64,000 nucleotides of DNA. Source: the human T2T-CHM13v2.0 reference genome, Homo sapiens. The first letter of the stretch is position 1, and each line of letters starts with the position of its first letter. Shown piece by piece: positions 61,239 through 64,000 of this stretch. The DNA lies in NCBI RefSeq assembly GCF_009914755.1, contig NC_060925.1, one strand, 5' to 3'. Position numbers and translations under genes: made by a program. The notes below the pieces were generated by a model. That model was given only the letters and a program-made list of their open reading frames with translations. It searched no databases and was not told the origin of the DNA.

Positions 61239-61851
61239 CACTCACTCTTAATGGCTCTCAGCTCTAATTATTTGAATCTTGGGCTTTTATTTAGCTGCTC
61301 TCCCATCCTTAGTTAGAATGATAGCAGTGCTGCAAGGTGGCTGCTTGAGCTTCAGCTATCAGGTCTTCATTTGAGTCAACAGGAAGGAATGTCAAAAGAG
61401 GGAACAGTTGCATAGTCATGAGGAACTGCAAAGGTGGCTGAAAAATGCAGTCTGTGTGCCCAGCTAAAATTCAAGGACTGATGGCTTGAGTCCAGGAGTT
61501 CGAGGCTGCAGTGAGCTAAGATGTTACGACTTCAAAAAAGACTTCTGATAAATTTTGACATTTCTATTTAACAGACATTTGGGAGACACACCCCCACCCC
61601 CCAGTCCAGGTGCCTGAGAATAAAAACTTAGTCACACTATTGGTCCTTGTGCTCCAAAAGCTCTTCAGTTATTTGATTGACCCATGGCTGCTTTTTGGTA
61701 CTGAAGAACCTTATTAGTAATTTAGTGAGTTTTTAATTTAGATCCTGTATGTGGTGGCATGGGTGGGTGGTGGTGATTGTATTGTAGCTAGGAGCTCCTA
61801 GTCAGCAATGCATGGGCTCTGGGGCCATGCATGACTTCAAGAATAGATGGC

Positions 61852-61938
61852 CTAGGGCAACCCACTTGGGTCCCCTTCCATGCTGTGGAAGCTTTGTTCT
61901 TTCGTTCTTCATAATAAATCTTGCTGCTGAAAAAAGAA
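61852..61938 (+). mobile_element. Polyadenylated LTR12/HERV9 3'-end retro-fragment
   Basis: 'ggcaacccacttgggtccccttccatgctgtggaagctttgttctttcgttcttcataataaatcttgctgctg' plus A tail; 13-bp TSD aagaatagatggc. Confidence 0.8.
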
Positions 61939-63339
61939 AAGAATAGATGGCTTTGCAGATATTCCAGGGAAGCATTTGAGTGACACCTCTCTATTGTGCC
62001 ACTTAATCAGTTGGATTGGAAGTTGAGCCAGCAGGTTTGAACCTTGTTCTTAGTTTTAAACCAGGGCAAATTACTGGTGCTTTGGTTTTCTAATGCCTGT
62101 AAATTAGAGCTTCTGAGCCATGTGGGGAGCAACCCCTACCCGCAAAGGAGTGATGTAATGTCTGGGGGCTGCAATGGTTTTTTCCTTTGAGATGGATACC
62201 ATATAAGCTAGTGGTGATACTTACTTTATGATAGTGACAGGGAAAGCTACTGCCAAGAGTAATTGATGTGACCCACACATAGTCCCAGAGCCAAGGAGCT
62301 AGATGGGATCTTCCTGCCTGAGGAGGCCAAGCGTCTGGCCTTCAAGCATTCTTCTCTGCTGTGATGTTGTTTCCCGTCCTGAAAAGCAGGGAGGAAATGA
62401 TCAATCAGTGTGCCTCAACCTGGAGCCGATTGGCTGTGGTTGCTAAGTTTTCTTCCCTCTGAGCAGCCCTCCCTGTGATTCTGAAGCAGCTCATTCGGAG
62501 TGTTACAACAGACATCTTGATGGGATTCAAAAATGTTGGGCAGCATGGTTATCTGGTCTTCTTCTGTAAGGATGACTGTGAGGTGTGCCAGCCCATTCCC
62601 GTAGGGACACACCTAACCCGACGCCCTCCCAAGGGCTGAATTGTTCTGAGCTGTCCAGGCTTGGGCTATGTCAGGTTCTGAGCACTGAAGTGTAGTGGAG
62701 GGTATATGACAAAGAGGCGACAGAGCTGATTACCCTGCTTGTTTTCTTTTATTTATTCAGTGGTCTTGGAACTGGGCAAGAGGATTTTATGGATTAGCTC
62801 CTGGAAGACACACACTAGAACTAACATAGTAAGATTGTGTTTAGGCTGTCAGAGCCACCTCCAGGGTGAGAACGATTTTAGAGAAATATCCTTTGTGTAG
62901 CAATACAGGAACCTATGCTGGCTCAACAGCTGCCCTTTTGGAAACTGCCAGCCGAAGGGGCCTGTTGATGAGCTGTTTACTGCCACTGGGGCTTCCCAAA
63001 TGGGAAGTCTCTGCTAAAGGAGTTCATTGTTCAGCATGTCTAGTGGACCCTGGCTCCTAACAGCTGGATTCTTTTGAACATAATAAACATTTCTAGAACA
63101 GGTTTTCTTGGTGAGCTTTTAGCTTCCTTTTAATAGGCACATCACTTGCCTGCCTTTAGTTCTATGAAGTTCAACATAAATGTTGACTTTAGTGATGCAG
63201 TGGGACAAAACAGTATTATATTTCTCATCAGTTCCCTCCCTGTCTCCCTTCCCCTGTCATTGTTTTCCAGAGGTAAAGTACATTTATGGAGAACATCGGG
63301 GTGAATGCCAAAGCGGCTTATGTTCTAAAATAGTGAAAA

Positions 63340-63520
63340 GAATTGTGCAGTTGGAGTTAGACCTATGGTTTGAGACTCAGCTTTGGGACTGAGCAAATCA
63401 TTTCACGTGATCAATTTTCTAAGCTCCAGTTTCCTCATTAGGAAAAAAGAAGACAAAGTAATACTTGTTGTAATGGAATTAAATGAGATAATGTCTTCAG
63501 AATGCCATGTAAGTAAAGAA
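63340..63520. mobile_element. MIR SINE hosting the candidate alternative exon
   Basis: MIR core-like 'cagtttcctcat...gttgtaatggaattaaatgagataatg'. Confidence 0.65.
63473..63508 (+). CDS. UCK2: Candidate alternative first coding exon (MELNEIMSSECH), MIR-derived
   Basis: gtaATGg Kozak, 12 codons, then consensus donor CAT|GTAAGT in phase 0, the same phase as the exon 1 donor. Embedded in MIR-like sequence. Confidence 0.55.
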
Positions 63521-64000
63521 ATTGTGAATCACCTTCACTGATTTGTTCCATAGATTTTGTTTTTTCCTTTCTTAAAATACCTTGTATTGACCTTCACCTA
63601 ACTTTGTATTTGGACAACACCCAACAGTCCTAGCAGACCTTTAACCCTCCCGACTCCAATTTCAGTAATGTGTTAGAAGTGGCAGGGACAGAATATATTC
63701 TGGATTCATTCACTAAATATAGAGATATTATACAAAATGAAGCTGAACTCACGCTCCAGTGGGCAGTGTCAGTTTGCCTGTGAGACAGCGCTATGCAGCT
63801 GCAGCCACTAAGTGTCTAGGCACTGGAGATGGACGGCTAGAGTGGGAATCCTGGCTCCATTCAACCTCTCTTTGCCTCTATGTTTGCCATCAGTGGTGTG
63901 GATATGATAATAATTCCCATCACATAAGCTTGTGGTATGCAAATGAGATCATTTTAAAGTGCTGAGCCCAGTACCTAGCATATAGAAAGAAATGGGGCTT

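Noticed and set aside
61480-61540. 7SL RNA pseudogene fragment
   Set aside because: 'gagttcgaggctgcagtgagcta' fits an Alu right-arm/FRAM fragment better than 7SL, and it is too short to call.
62740-62870. Possible cassette exon (ttattcag|...|gtaaga or |gtgaga)
   Set aside because: Splice motifs are only moderate and there is no coding similarity; unsupported without RNA data.

Overview
Human (primate) genomic DNA covering the 5' end of UCK2 (uridine-cytidine kinase 2) on the + strand. It contains ~5.5 kb of repeat-rich upstream sequence, a CpG-island promoter (~5580-6700), coding exon 1 (ATG 6005, 33 codons ending in the P-loop GGTASGK, phase-0 GT donor at 6104) and ~58 kb of intron 1. No exon-2 sequence is visible, so it lies beyond the window. 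The intron is filled with about 35 Alus (one AluYa5, implying human), L1/L2/MIR fragments, a near full-length Tigger1, a hAT fossil and several solo LTRs. Almost all ORFs in the supplied track are repeat-derived or GC-rich artefacts. I see no CRISPR-like or multi-gene novel system. The strongest lead is a MIR-derived candidate alternative first coding exon at 63473-63508 (MELNEIMSSECH|GTAAGT) that would give a UCK2 lacking the P-loop. Others are an in-frame ATG-TAA start-stop element upstream of the UCK2 ATG, several unusual retroposition/repair footprints (polyadenylated LTR12 retro-fragment, ~22-nt L1 micro-insertion, Alu with extra 3' sequence, Alu with a G-rich tail, twin-primed L1, local templated duplications) and a 3x115-bp tandem repeat. 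Repeat family names come from recalled consensus sequences, not from a RepeatMasker run, and repeat boundaries are approximate.
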